From the NCBI GenBank assembly GCA_020891255.1, contig BQFW01000002.1:434001-498000 (forward strand): DNA of 64,000 bases, read 5' to 3'. A model generated the notes under the pieces. That model did no database searches, had not been told where the DNA came from, and worked only from the letters and a program-made list of their open reading frames with translations. The position numbers and the translations under genes were made by a program. Source of the stretch: Entomortierella parvispora E1425. Taxonomy: Eukaryota; Fungi; Mortierellomycota. Below are positions 1 to 13,500 of the stretch, in pieces. Each line of letters opens with the position of its first letter. Positions within the stretch are counted from its first letter, which is position 1.

Positions 1-39
1 TCTATAGCCAATATCGCTGTATTCTCCTTGCTTCGCTCT

Positions 40-600
40 ATGCAATAAATGCTTGGTAATCGCTTGGAGATGCGGTCATCTTGGCCAATTGCCTCAAAGA
101 TCTAGAGTCCCTCTCGTAACATCATTTCGAAGCTGCTCTGAACGACTACAAGAACAGCGCTATGAGGTCGTCAAGCAGAGTTATAAAAAGAGCCATCGAT
201 CTCTATGGCCAGGTAATCAGGGACATCAGACTCTCTTGTTGCTGTCACTGGCCACATTTTTTTTTTTCACCCACGCACTCTCTCTTCACATGTGTCTCTC
301 TATCTCTCTCCTTTCTTGCTTGATCCCGGCCTCTTGTCGAGTGTTGTATTCGCCACATGGTCTTCAATTGGGTACCTCATTCTGTTCAGACAAAGTCGTT
401 TTTGAAAAAACTCGGCATACCGGCCTCAGATCAACTCTTTGCCGCTGGCCCCCAAACGAGGCAATTTGGATGTGCTCCCTCAAAGGCCCTACGAAACGCT
501 ACGAGTGAGAACTGCAGAAGAAGCGGAAACGCGATGAACAGAACTCTTGCCCAGGAAGCGACGTCAACGCGAACAACCCCTGCGGCGACCGTCGTCTAGA
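40..600 (+). pseudogene. Degenerate 3' fragment of an FAD-dependent monooxygenase
   Basis: Stitching frames gives DAVILANCLKDLESLS*HHFEAALNDYK/EQRYEVVKQSY, then a GT-AG intron, then RHMVFNWVPHSVQTKSFLKK/YRPQINSLPLAPKRGNLDVLPQRP. This resembles the C-terminus of fungal aromatic-ring hydroxylases (DAVxLANCL motif). It has an in-frame TAA and at least two frameshifts. Confidence 0.55.
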
Positions 601-721
601 CTATGGCTCAGAAAGCAAAGGTCACAACAAAGGAAGAGGGAAAAAAAAAAGATTCATGGTCAAAGAGTAAAATTATTATTTTGTTTTGAATGGGTTTGGA
701 ACAGAGTTATCGTCTTATTTT

Positions 722-3596
722 TCATTCCTCGTCTTCCTCATCCTCGTCCTCCTCCTCCTCCTCTTCTGGAGAGTCGACCTCAAAGTCATAAGTGGGGTCG
801 ACATATTCCTCGTCCAGATGAGCACCTGGGAGATCTTCGTTGGAGACAGCCTTGTCGGTGATCTGAGCTGCTTCAGCCGCGGCAGCATCAGGAGCCGCCT
901 GCTGTTGGTGAATGTCCTCGGCGTTGTCTTGGTGAATTTCTGGGACACTGATGGCTTCCACAACAGGCACAGCCTGTTCCAAGAAGCTACTGCCGCCCTC
1001 ATTGAGGGTGCTGCTCTGATCATTGTTGTTCTCAGCTGGAGCCACGGCAGCCTTGTTGGCGACATACTGCGCGTAGTCGGTTGGGTATTGGTTGCAGTCA
1101 TAGTCCCAGGTTTTCAAGACCTTGGATGCCTCACACTCAGATCTCGTCCACTCGGAGCCATAGGTAAGAGGTGCGTAGCTTCGGAAAACATAGATCGCTG
1201 TGGACGCGACGAGGATCATGGCCAAGACTCGGAAGCGGTTTGGAAGGAACCTGCAGCCCAAATCGAACGTCACAGCAAGGAGAAGAATGGAAAAGTAAAG
1301 GGCGGGGAGATAGTGGTGCAAAAACAATTGACGGTCCATGAGGAAAAATGGAAGGTAGTGGTAACACCAGCCCATGAAGAAGAAACCTCCAGAGAGCTCA
1401 TAGTACTCCCTCAGTCCCTTGAAGTCGTCCTTGTAGCCACGCTTGTCCCGAATAAAGAGCAGACCACGAATGGCGGCATACAAAACGACGGAGAATGTCG
1501 AGAGATACCAGGTGAACCAGTTGCCAACCAAGTAGACGTGTTTTTGTTCCTTGCCCCAGAAACTGATTCCACGCTTCATAATAGGCCAAGAAGAAGGGCG
1601 CGAGTCATACGGATGAGAGTCCGTTAAGCCGGCGTTCGTCGTCCACATGACCTTGTTGAGTTCAATAAACTTGCCAAAGAATCCAGGCTTTTTGTAATTG
1701 ACAAGTGGTGCATCCGCAGGGTCTAGAATACCATTAAAAATTGATACATATTAGTAAAGAAACCTCCCCGACTGGCATTGGCATTGATAGAGCTGTGATA
1801 TCAAGCAACTTACAGCTGTCGTGATGGTTCGACTCGATCATCCATATAGTTTTTCCGACCACGGCGCTGCGCATGCAAGTGACTTCCTGTTGCTCAAAAC
1901 CCCACTTGGGGAGCTTGACTTTATGAGAGAAAAGGTCGCAGTTCATGTTGATGTGGACCAGCTTGAACTTGGATCGCAAGGTGTGCAGCGACGTGCTCGC
2001 CTCTGGATCAGATCCATCCCGATCCACAATCTCAACTCTCCATTCGTCATTGGCATCGCCCTCAAAGTCCTTGTAGCCATATCCACTGACTTCAAAGTGG
2101 TTCTCGTCCTCTGTCATTGGTGGCTTCTTGTCATGAGAGTGTAGGCGTTTAAAGGTCTGGGCGTGCAAGAGGCGGACATAGTCTCCATGCTTGATATACT
2201 CGAGTCCTTCGGGAACAGTACCGTCGCGTTTCTGAAGAATCCATTCATTGTTGGTGTCCTTGTGTGGGTAAAGGGTGATTTGTTGTTCTAAATGGAGGGT
2301 GTAAAGAGAGGGTTTGTCGGTGAGTGTGTTTGTTCAGTTGGTTCAAGCAAGGAACAAAAAAAAAAAAAAAAAAAAAATACAGATCATACGTTTGCTTCCT
2401 GTCTCATAGTTGGATGGATGGGAATGCAAGTAACCTCCTTGTGTGCCTTGGTGGCGCATAGAAACAGTGGCACCATATGCGACACCTACATAAAGAAAAA
2501 TTGGTTAGTTGGCAATTTTCAATAATGAACAGCGGGACTTCAGAGCATGCCTGGGGGCTTTCTTACCAAGAGGGGAATCCTTCAAGGAATGGCCAAGAGT
2601 CATTTGGAAAGGAGCACTCATAAAACCATCGCCTTCTCCGCCGTTGCCCAAAAGCAAAAAGTGGATCTCAAACATGAACATGTACACAACCACGGGAACC
2701 GCAATCAAGCAGATGGCACGAGCAATGAAGTGGTTCACCCAAACGCGGGGCGAGACTTTAAGATCTCCCCAGAGTGTCCAAAGCTGGTTCAAAGTCGAGG
2801 TTCCGATGGTAGCAATGATAAAGAGTCCAACCCATTTGACACTTCCAGACAATCCCAGACCCAGTCCAGTCATAAACAGCCAGACGAACCAATCGTCTGA
2901 AAAGGGATCGTGGCGCTGATTGTGAAAGTTCACCCAAGCCAATACAGTGAAGGCAGTGAAGAGAATTAGGGGCGAATCCAGTAAAATCAATCGACTCTGA
3001 GCTGTGATGCTGTTCTCTATATGCCAGAGTGAAAAGGATGTTCCAGAGTTAGTCATATCTCTCTCGAGTAAAAATCACAATGACAGCAGCGGTAAAAAAA
3101 TGGACTTACCGAAAAGAACCAGAAGCGCGGCGAGGATCGATGCATGAAGAGAGTGGCCCGAGTTCCTCACGGTGTAGAAAGCCATGGGAACTACGGCAAC
3201 GCCCATCAGACCGCACATCATTCGCATAGGGATATAGGGGACCTTTGGTTCAATATAGTCCCTATTATATAATAGAACGATTGATTAGGTACTAGGTAGA
3301 CATTGAAACACGACCATACGTGTTCACTTCCGCATGTGAGATTAGTATACTTACATTCCAATGTCCTTGAAATCAAAAGAAGGGTCCAAGCCAAAAATCC
3401 ATCCTGTCAAGGCGATCAACATCTTGGCAAGCGGTGGGTGTACATCCATGAAGAATCGGCCTCTGATATATTTTGAAGCGAATCCACCAAAGTGAACCTC
3501 GTCAAACCTATCGTTGAGAGACAGCACAGCAAAACCCAGGGCGTCAGTACAAACTTGGACATGGACAGCAAAAGGCCATGTTTCGTGGCGGTCGAC

Positions 3597-3627
<31 letters not shown>

Positions 3628-4103
3628 GGAATTCATATGCCATCAAACAGCCCAGTCAGAGCACCAAGTTTAACTCGTCCAAAACAAGCGCCGTATGATG
3701 CCCCGGTCTTTGATCCTGGCGCAAAAGGCGAGCACAAACAACACAAACAACTAAGTAGCACGCGCACTTACACGACTGAGGTAGGGTAGCCAATTGCCCA
3801 AAGACGCACGACCGCGGCCAAGACTGTGATTGCACCAACGATCTGAAGCTCCCGGCTCTGGTACCAAGGAAGGCTTCGTCTGGTCCTGAATTTGCTGTGA
3901 CTGTAGTCCTCTTCGTCTTCTTTGGCATTTGGCGCGTCTCTTGAAACGTCCAGACTGGATCGAGCCTTAAGATCAGCACCATGGTGGCGAGGAGAGTAGT
4001 TGCTATCCTCCATGGTTTCCTTTGAGACTGTCCTGGGTGTAGCATGGCCCCTGTAGACAGGAACTCCTGTCTGGTCCACAGCAGAGCTGGAACCGTTCCT
4101 CAT
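722..4103 (-). CDS. PMT1: Dolichyl-phosphate-mannose:protein O-mannosyltransferase, PMT1 subfamily (multi-exon)
   Basis: FDEVHFGGFASKYIRGRFFMDVHPPLAKML, SRLILLDSPL, SVKWVGLF, MIR-domain segment (FKLVHINMNCDLFSHKVKLPKWGFEQQEVTC) and HYLPFFLMDRQLFLHHYLPALYF. ATG at 4103, TGA at 722-724. Confidence 0.93.
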
Positions 4104-4701
4104 GGCTGATGGTACGTTGGTAATAGAAATGAGGCGCGAGTGAGACTGTCTAAAGAATGGCCCCACCGAGTTTCCAGGCTTGAACAGGCGGGCAGGATGG
4201 AATTCCGGTTCGAAGACGGAATGGCGAGTTGATGGGATGAAGCAGAGATGAGAAAGGATGGAAAAAAGTAATGGAGAGGCGCAAAAAAGGGCGCGGGCCA
4301 AAATAGCCCAACCTTGCACCGTTGTCGGGGCGTGGCAGAGCGATAATTTCGTTCAAACAGGGGCTCACAATTCATTTGAAAATGTTCACTCTGTCGGTTC
4401 CACCGTCCTCAGCGTTCGTCAGTCTTTGGTCATCTCTTCCTAGGTCAAGTTCGTTTCCAACTCTCGCCATGGACCTGTTGTCGTGGCGCGTCTCTAGTCC
4501 CGCCTCAGGCACCTCTTTCATTATTCAGCAAAGAGGGTATATATTCAATTTTAAACAGACAAAACAGACAAGCAGGATTCCAAGATGAGACCCCCCTATA
4601 CCCCCCCCCCCTAATACAGCCTCAAGAGTGGAGACTTCTGCAACCACGATGTGTCCATTCCACAGTTTCTGTATGGAGTGGGGAGGAGACCCAAGATGAA
4701 T

Positions 4702-4742
4702 CACGTGATTTATATCACACCCTTAGTTTCTATTGTCACGTG
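4702..4742. promoter_or_regulatory. Pair of CACGTG E-boxes between the PMT1 promoter and the tRNA
   Basis: TCACGTGA at 4701-4708 and GTCACGTGA at 4735-4743. Confidence 0.4.
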
Positions 4743-4793
4743 ATTCAACACTTCTTAGATGACATTTTCACATTGAATTTAAAATCAGAGTCT

Positions 4794-4874
4794 GTCAATT
4801 TGGCCGAGCGGTTAAGGCGTATGACTCGAAATCATATGGGGTTTCCCGCGCAGGTTCAAATCCTGCAGTTGACG
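4794..4874 (+). tRNA. tRNA-Ser(CGA), intronless
   Basis: Acceptor stem GTCAATT/AGTTGAC, D-arm TGGCCGAGCGGTTAAGGC, anticodon arm TATGA-CTCGAAA-TCATA, long variable arm, T-loop GGTTCAAATCC, G discriminator and a downstream oligo-T Pol III terminator. Confidence 0.96.
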
Positions 4875-7113
4875 CGATACTTTTTTTTTTTTTTTTGGTT
4901 TTGAGCAAACCCTGGGTACCAGGGTCGCGAGAGGCTCCGGGTCTGGTCGAAGGAGCTGTTTTCTTTTGTCTCGGCACACAAAGATGCGGTGAAGCCGAGA
5001 ACAATCGAAATGGAACAAACCCCGAGGAAGGAAGAAATGGGGAGACTACCTGGACCATCATATTTCGAGTAAAGTGAAGAAGTGGTACAATGACGAGGAG
5101 CGATGAGCATGTCCAAGATCCCAAGGCCATGTGGACAGCGTTGATTGAAGGGTTCCTTGAAGGGTGAAAGGCGGGCAGTTGGATTTGTCCTTTCAAGTGT
5201 TGTTGTTATTTTTGTCTTTTGTCCAGTGTTCTTGGAATTCCATTTTGCAAAACAAGATTCAAAGAGGGACGGAGCATGCGGCTGTGAGCAAATAGGGAGT
5301 GGTGGTGCCCACCCAAAACAAAACAATCTTTTTGATCTCGGTAAAGACTCGCATTTGGTTCACAGGGAAGAAAAAAAGAGGGCCAAGGGTCGGGCGAGGA
5401 TGCATTTGGGTCGAAGGAGAAACTTTGAACCACCAGACCCGACAAGTTGGTGACGAACTATCTTTTTAGGGATTGTACAGATTCCTTCCCGATGTTCTTT
5501 TGTGACGACAGTGGTGGGGCGGCGGTGGGGCGGCCTGTGGGAAGCCGTCTCTGGGAGTGAAAAAAAAAACACTGACTCTAGATTGTTGAGATGAGACACC
5601 GCTGTCGTTAGAGACCGTGAAGGTGCACCTGTCAAAAAATGTCCGCCTCCTCACTCTCGACCCATATCTGGGGGTCACTGACCCAGTGGACAAAAAAGCA
5701 GCCTGCAAAAAAAGAATAGAAGCTCGGGAAGGGTCAGGCAAAATGACATTGTTACCAATGGCCGATTTGTCATTCTATCCCTGGCCTAATTTGCCAAAGC
5801 CGATTCATTGAATTGTTCCCTGCCCAAGAGGTGGAACCGGCCTTCTCTAACAGGCCAGTGGCCAAGAAAATCCCCTCCCATCCACATGTGCAGAGCCCAA
5901 ACAATCACCGCCTTCTAATTCTTAATTTATCTACTGTTGTTCGTCCCTGCTGTTCAGCCCTGGCTTCGTTTCTACCTTTTGCTCTTGCCAGGGAGGATGG
6001 CTTCACTTCCAACAGGACAGGGGAGGACTCTTCAATTGCCTGGCCGATTGTGGCACACAATCAGACAACAGACTAATTTGCGTGCATTGATTTTCCGTTC
6101 AGTTGAGGCAAAAAGAGACGGGCGAAGAGCAGAGTGCAAAGGACCGAAGGGTAACAGTCTAGGCGCCACATTGTTTATTTTTTACTGTTCTTCGTCCACA
6201 TGGACAGGTTTTAGTCCCGCAGAACCCAGAAGAAGAGGGAACGAAGAGAGAAGGGCGAGAAGAAGGTGAGCAAAAGCAGGTTTTTTGCTCTGCTCTACTG
6301 GCTGTCATTGTTGTGTGTGCAACAAAGGGTGTTTCAAGCCCAGCTGTGGCCCATTCAACAGGTGCTGTTGCTGTTGCTGTTGCGAGCTGAACTGCTGTTG
6401 GCGATGCTTCTGGCAGCGCCCATTGGAAGAGAAGAGAAGGCGGCGCGGATGAGGGGAACAATGTACGGATGGCGAGAGAAGGATGAGCGAGAGGGAGTGA
6501 GCATCGGCAAGAAGGAAGGAAACTCGTCCGTGTCCCCTCCAGCCCATCCCCGGCGCAAAACGAAACAAAAAATAGAAAAAGAAAAAAAACCGACTGAATT
6601 TACCGAGGATTTGCACACCTGGGATTGACTGACTGATTGATTGAATGCCCCACCTCCCACTCACTTCTCACACTCGCACACTCGCACACCTTTTTTATCT
6701 CTTTTGTCCAGTTGCCCACGTTCGAGTCGTTTTCGCCTCTTTCTTCCCTCATCCTCTCTTTTCCTTCTCTCTTCTCTCCTTCTGCTCCTTCTGCTGTATT
6801 GCTCCTGCCCACTCTGCCCACTCTGCCCACTCTTGCCCATTGCTGCATTGTCATTGCATTGTCATTGCATTCCTTCCCTACCTTCGCTCGCCTGTCTATA
6901 GTTGTCACCCCCGTTTCCTCTTCCCTCTTCCTCTCCCGGTTGGAATCCTTTTTTTTTCGACTGTCTGTTTCGCTTGCAATCTCCGTCCCAGACTTGTCCA
7001 TCCGCACAAATCTCTCTTGTTTTCAGTCATCCCTCCATCGCTGCCTCATTCCCTCCTTCTTCCCAGACGCTTGCTCCCTTTTTGTCCTTCCTTTCTTCAA
7101 AACATAACATAGT

Positions 7114-9690
7114 ATGACTACACATCAGGGTGCAGTTGTGCCGCCTGGGTCTCCGAATCCCCCTTCGCCTCACAGTGGTTACCGGGAAAGAGGCCATGGT
7201 GAGCCACATCCCGGGGGCGGACATCCCTACCCATCCTACTACCACCACCACCCACCGCCGGCCCACCCTGGTGCTCACCACCACGGCCCTTCAGCACAGC
7301 CCTACTACCCTCCCTCATACCCGTCCTATTCCCATTCTTATCCCCACGGACATGGCCCCCCTCCGGTTCACGGGTACCCACCTGCGCAGCCAGGCTACGC
7401 CGCACACCCTCATCACCACCAGCAACCCCACGGCTACGGCGCACCCCCTCCTCACCACCCTCACCATCCCCAGCAGCACTACCCACCAGGTGAACATGCT
7501 GGCCCCAGTGCCGGGAGCCCCTCGCCGATTTCTGAAACCTTATCTGCTTCAGCCATCTCCTCGGCTTCAAAGTCCATCAAGGGCACCCCAAAGACTGCGA
7601 AACCCAAGGCCGGTCCAAAAACAAAGACCACTAAAGCACAGCAACAGGCTGAGCAAGGCTCGTCTGAAACCACCAAGGGCGCGTCCAAGGCCACCCCAAA
7701 GACCTTTCGCTTCGAGGGCAGTATCTCATCCGAGTCGTTCAAGAGCACAAAGTCCTTTGACCTGGCCGGCGTCAACATCTTGAACCGGAAACCTTTGGAT
7801 ACCAAGACGGCGCTGGACAAGCTGCAGCGACGCAGAGAGACCCACAACCGCGTGGAACGCAAGCGTCGAGATTGCATTAACCAGGTAAGGAGAATGGACA
7901 AACTGTCGGTAACGGACTGCTGTCCATTGTGCATCCCACTGCACATCCGGGATGCACTAACATCCCACGCGAGCATCCGCACTTATTAACACACGTTCTT
8001 ATCTTCTCCACAGTTGATTGATGATCTCACAAAGTTGCTGCCTGCAAAGCACCTCGAGGAAGCGAGCTCAAAGTGCCACCGCGTCAATGTCCTTCGAGGT
8101 GCCGTAGCCCACATCAAGTTCCTCAACGAGTCGAACCACGCTCTCAACCAGTCCCTCCGTGCATCCAGAGGAGAAGAGCCTTTGCCAGACCTGCCTACTG
8201 AGAGCGAGAGCGATCAGAAGGCCAAGGCTGCCATCAAGGACTCGGAAGATCGTGATATGTCCATGGATCTTGACAATGACACCGAGATGAAGGAGGAGGA
8301 GCAAGATGAAGAGGTTGTAGCGAGCCAACCCGGTGACACCATGTCCAGGTCAACAACTCCTGCGTCCTCACTCCAGGCTTCGCCGACGGCCTCTCCAAGG
8401 AGACCAGTGCCTCCTCCAGTGATCGTCACGAATGCGCCCACTTCCAGCGCCGCTGTTGATCCCTACAGTCTCGAGTCCCATCGCCAGCGGTCCAATTCGT
8501 TCACCACATCCGTGGGCGACGACCATAGTCCTAGGAGTGCTTACTCGTCCTCGCCGATGTTCCCTCCATCGCCGATCTCCCCGCTGCCTTTTGCTCGCAA
8601 TTCGCTCTTCCCTCCTTCTGAGAGCGAGTCCTCCAGGGATCCACAGCAGCTCTCGCCTCTGATGGGCCACCATTCGCCATCCTTGTCGCCGTCACTGCCA
8701 CCCATCTCTTCCTTGGCTAGCCTCCAGCTCAAGTCCCCTTCGGGTCGTATGAACGAGTCTTCGCACGAGCAGCCAAGCGTGGGCTCTAGCCCGGTGCCTT
8801 CGTCGTTCTCCAGCCGTCCTCACCGTGGAGCAAGCACGCTCCCTCCATTGACCATCCCTCAGCCGCACCATCTTCACCCCTCGTATCATCAAGGCTATTC
8901 AAACACTGGAGGTAACGGCAGCTCCACCTCTGGCAGTAACAGGAGTAGCTTGAATCTGTCTCCTCACCCTACAGACCAGCCACCAGTTTCGCCCTTCATG
9001 CTCTCGCCCATGTTGTCCCGCTCGCCGTCGATGGGACCCATCTCGTCCGCTTCTCCTGGTGGGTCGCCCTATCCTCACTGGCATCACGATGGCACCCCTT
9101 CACCCCAACCTTATCCTCCCCATGGATCTCCGTTCACATCTCCAGGAGCTTACCCTCAGGGGTATACGCCTAATGGTGGCGGCAGTAACAGTGACAACAG
9201 CAATCCAACCCACCCTCACCCTCATGCTCGCCACAAGTCTCTGCAGCCTGGACCCATCTTTATTCAAGAAGAGCCTTGGAACGTGCAGCGGAAACGTAGT
9301 ACCTCGAGTGCATCTGGAAAGAGCTCATCCAAAGCTTCCAGGACCCAAGAGAAACGAAAGGCCGATGAAGCTCCTGCAGAGAGCGGAGCTGTGTCCCCAA
9401 CTTCGTCCGTGACCTCCAGCGCCTCATATCCATCCAGTCCCAACCCCAAGAAACGAACTCAGCCTTCTCAGCGTTACGATGAAGGGGAGGGAAATGATGA
9501 CGAGGAAATGATCAAGCGAACCAAGCAACAAGAGCCCAGTAACAACCTTGACGCGACGACATCCCATCAGCGCGACAGTGGAGTCGTGGTCGTGGTCGAA
9601 GCCCCTCCAGAGGGTTCGGCCAAGACTGAAGTAGAAGCCCATGAAGATGCTGCCCAGGCACTGACTTCACTTTCGAGGACGGCTGCCTAA
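7114..9690 (+). CDS. bHLH transcription factor (2 exons: 7114-7884, 8014-9690)
   Basis: Basic region RRETHNRVERKRRDCINQ spliced (GTAAGG...CACAG) to LIDDLTKLLP...KCHRVNVLRGAVAHIKFL. His/Pro-rich N-terminus and Ser/Pro-rich C-terminus. Confidence 0.9.
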
Positions 9691-9955
9691 GGGCAATGAC
9701 TCTTCTTCTTCTTCCCCCCTTTACCCTACCATTGTGTCTCTTCTTTTGTAAATTTCTATTCTTGCCAACACAGCATCCTTTCAACCACTGTACCAATACG
9801 TAATAAAATAACCCCATTTTGAACTTTTATCATCTCCAACTGTCCAGACACTGACGGTATTGCTGTTGGATATGTTTATATTTTTAGTCGTATTGAGAAT
9901 TGGTCAGACTGGGTTGCATGAACGGCTTTTCGGCTGCCATGTCCTTGTCTAACCT

Positions 9956-10256
9956 CTATGAGGCAGAAGAATGACGTTGAATCAACTCTCGAATGCTTTT
10001 GACGACCAAGGTGTGGTCCTGGTCCTGTTTGAGTCCACTGACAACGATTGCGCCCACGCAACCGACGTTCTTGATCAGCAAAGGGAAACCGCCTCCATGA
10101 CAAGCGTAGTCTGTCATGGATACTCTGTACGATTGCTCCATCTCCTTTTGTCCTTTAGATGCCAAGCTTCTTCCAATGTAATATGACGAATGTTGGAGTC
10201 GAACGACCGTGTTGTTCTTCCGCCTCAACCAGTTTTCACTGTCAACGGTCGTGCCT

Positions 10257-10290
<34 letters not shown>

Positions 10291-10591
10291 GGAAAGAGAG
10301 CGGAGATTAGTTTGGATATTAGTTTGAGGAAACTCTCGGGGGTGTATGGAGGGTAAGAAACTTGAAGCCGATACCTTTCATGGCATACTGAAACAAGACT
10401 TGAGCATTTCGAGTGATGAGAATGGCGATACCCTGCCCGGGGTATTCCTTTTTGGCGTTCGCAACGAGGTCAGATCCGAGGATAAGGGCGTCATCGTTCG
10501 TGAATTGAGTGAATTGAAGCTCCTCCTCCTCTTCCAAAAGACCAGGCAGCAGTTTCCCTGCTTCCTCTTGTTCGTGAAGTGAGACGGCCAT
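9956..10591 (-). CDS. UPF0303 / HbpS-GlcG-like (DUF336) heme-binding-fold protein (exons 10591-10375, 10254-9956)
   Basis: LQFTQFTNDDALILG...VLFQYAMKG|TTVDSENWLRRKNNTVVRLQHSSYYIG...YACHGGGFPL...VGAIVVSGLKQDQDH. The spliced frame was checked. Confidence 0.85.
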
Positions 10592-13500
10592 GATGGTGTT
10601 GTGGTCAGATGTCGTGTGAAAATTATTTTGAGAGTTGGTGAGGGATCAGTGCGTCCTGAATTCCTGGGGGTTCCTGGACAGCGAGTGGGTGAGAGTAGAG
10701 TCTTGGGAGCGGTCGTGGGAATGATGATGAAAAGAGTAGAAAGGGCAGATACCATTGAAAAAAACAAAAAGATAACGATAATGACCCTTAATATAGCCCA
10801 ACGGCGGATGACGTGCCAAAAAACAAAAAAAAAAAATGCAGGAAACGCGCCACGCTTTGAAAACTACAAAAGCCAGAGTATGTTGCACCAAAGAGCCAAC
10901 GCACATGGACACAGCACGGAAATAAGTTGCCTAATCTTGAAATGACAATTGATCACGATATGGTACCTGCATTACACTTTACCCTGTTTTTGGGCTGAAG
11001 ACCCCCAATTTCCTGTTTCTCTCGCGACTGAAAACAGACTAGCATTCCAAATTGACTTTGCAACAACCCATTGAGTTGTTATTCACCTTGAGTCCTTCCT
11101 GGGAGGCTCGGAGCTAAGGGCTCGACTGAATCATCACATTCGTCCGCCCTCGTTTACAATCCATCTTCAGACATATCAACGAGGATGCGCAACGGCACTG
11201 CCTTTGGACACAAAAACACTGTCTGTCTGGGTTTCATCCTGGCCTCAACTTTTCGTGTGGCTCTAGCTCGGTCTTGTTCTCACGTCGCAAGTACTAACCG
11301 CCGGTGGATGTTCCATTCACCTCTCTTGCCAATTCTGACACATTGAGTCACGATCCTTTTCTTTTTTTTTATCGATTTTTTTTTGGGGGAAGGGCTGCAG
11401 CATTGCATGAGGACTACGCTTCAGGATTGCACGCGTGTGTGTGGTTCGGGGACATGGGGAAAGGAGAGAGAGATGCAAAGGTTAGGCAGGTCGGCTCACC
11501 TTGACGCGACGGTCCTTTGAATGGCGCCACGTTTAAAAGTCGACATTTTTTTTTCTCCATGGCAACTGATCCCTGCATCTTCCAGGCTACTTTTGTACCT
11601 GTGCTCGCACCACCTGTTCATATATTTTTTTTGTTTTCGAAAAGAGTGGGGTGAGGTGGGGAGGGCTCTTGCTTTTATTTTGATCTTTCGTTGGTGCCTA
11701 GGCGCGCTGACGTTGCCCCTTTTATCTTTCGATCGTGATTCTTTCCTTTTGTGGAGAGACTTTGCTGGGTTTTGCGTTAATTGCCTTGGGCGGACAAGAA
11801 CTTCGAGAGCACTTTTGTTTATGTCCTCTTGCATGGTCTGTTTGTTTGTGTGCGCAATGGCTCATGTTGTTGTTGGGGAGTTGAATAACCATCATTGTGG
11901 AGATGGCGAAAAGTGTCCACTTTCTGCCAGATCCCTAGTTGTCGACCGTCCTCAATATGGAGAGCGCTTTTCTTCGCGTTCGAATGAAGAGACAGAAAAA
12001 CAAAAGAGGGACAACAAGGTTGCAGTAACAATGACGAACATTGAATTTGGCCTTTTGGATTATTGGAGCTATTGAGTTTTCACGTCTTGAAAAAGAAAAC
12101 TCAATGACAAAAAAATTCTCCGGATGGGAACAATTGTTGTAAGTATGGTGTGGGGTATTGACCACTATCCTCTCTTCCCTTTAGAGTACTACCGTACTTA
12201 CTGCACCTTCTGCCGTCGCTCCTCTCGACATACGAGTCGATGAAAGACCATTCTGTTCCAAACTGGACGAAACTGCCCGAGGAAACGCTAACCTTGCTGC
12301 CCCGGCTGAGATGTCTCGAAAGTTTTTTTTTCTTTACATTTCGCCCACAGCACCGGCTCGCGAACATATGAGCATGTTGTTGTTATTGTTGTTGTGGATG
12401 GTCGATGTGGGAGAAGGGACACGCGACGAGATGAGAGCGGTCCCTGCCCGTATTGTTTTCCTGGCAAAAATATCCTTCCGAATTTGCTCGTGATAAAGAC
12501 AGAGGCCGAGAGACCGTCTTTGTTGACGAGCTCACATTTCTCTCCTATCTCCTCGTCCATGGACAGGGTTCTTTACGATTGGAGAAGTATTTCCGAGAAG
12601 GGAGCAGCCGTGTATCAATCCAGGAAGAAAACAACTCCCAAGGTGTCAAAAGGTTTTTTAGGTCGGATCGTGTTTCGTCGGGAAGAGAGGAGGTCCCAGA
12701 AGAGAGTCAGCTAAGCTCAAATTTCTCGGCTGACGTTTCTCCTCCCTTTCCTTTTTCCTTTCCCCCCTGTGCATTTGAGTTTCCTCCTTTCATTTGTGGG
12801 AACACAATTTCCTCTCATGCAACAGTGAGGTGAGGATGATCAACGAAGGAATGTCTCTGTAGTTCAGAGCCAAAAAACCTGAAGACAGGGACGCGCGAAC
12901 ACGCGGTCTTTTTGTTTACAAACACGTTTGCTAAAAGATCCCTTCTATCAGATTCTTGGAGCGTGCTGAGATCGTCTGGCAAATAGATGAGGGAACAGAG
13001 AATATATAGATTGAAGGTATGATGAAGCCATTGCAATGAAAGAGTTGAACAAAAAAAACATATTACTCAACCCTTGTTTTTACTTTTTTTGACAGGTGCC
13101 AGTCAGGCTGTCAACCCTTGCAGAGGAGAAACAGTATAAGGACATTGACCTTCAACTTAAAAAAAACCCCGTCAGCTTCCACGGTTTTATGTTCTCCCTT
13201 TTTGGACTTTTGCCTTTTCTCCTCACTTTTTTGCCTTTTTTGATGACCTCTCTTCAATTGATTGGATCTATCTTTGTCATCTCTTCTCTCATGGTCTTTG
13301 TTTTGTTTGCCACGTAAACGACACAATGGGCAGTAGGGGGACTTTGAAGGAGTTGAAATGATTTCGTAACCAATTTTACCTGGGCCATTGACTGAGGTAC
13401 TCTCCGCCGCTACTTGCAGATCCGCAGCAGAACAATCGATGGGGATAAGAGTCCAGAGAGAGAGAGAAATCTTTCCGTTCGCACGGTGCAAAAGGGCCTT

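Noticed and set aside
686-1627. 313-aa + strand ORF
   Set aside because: Antisense shadow of the last PMT1 exon with no recognisable motifs.
6266-7112. Cluster of ORFs upstream of the bHLH gene
   Set aside because: CT/GA-rich promoter and UTR sequence giving compositionally biased peptides in all frames.
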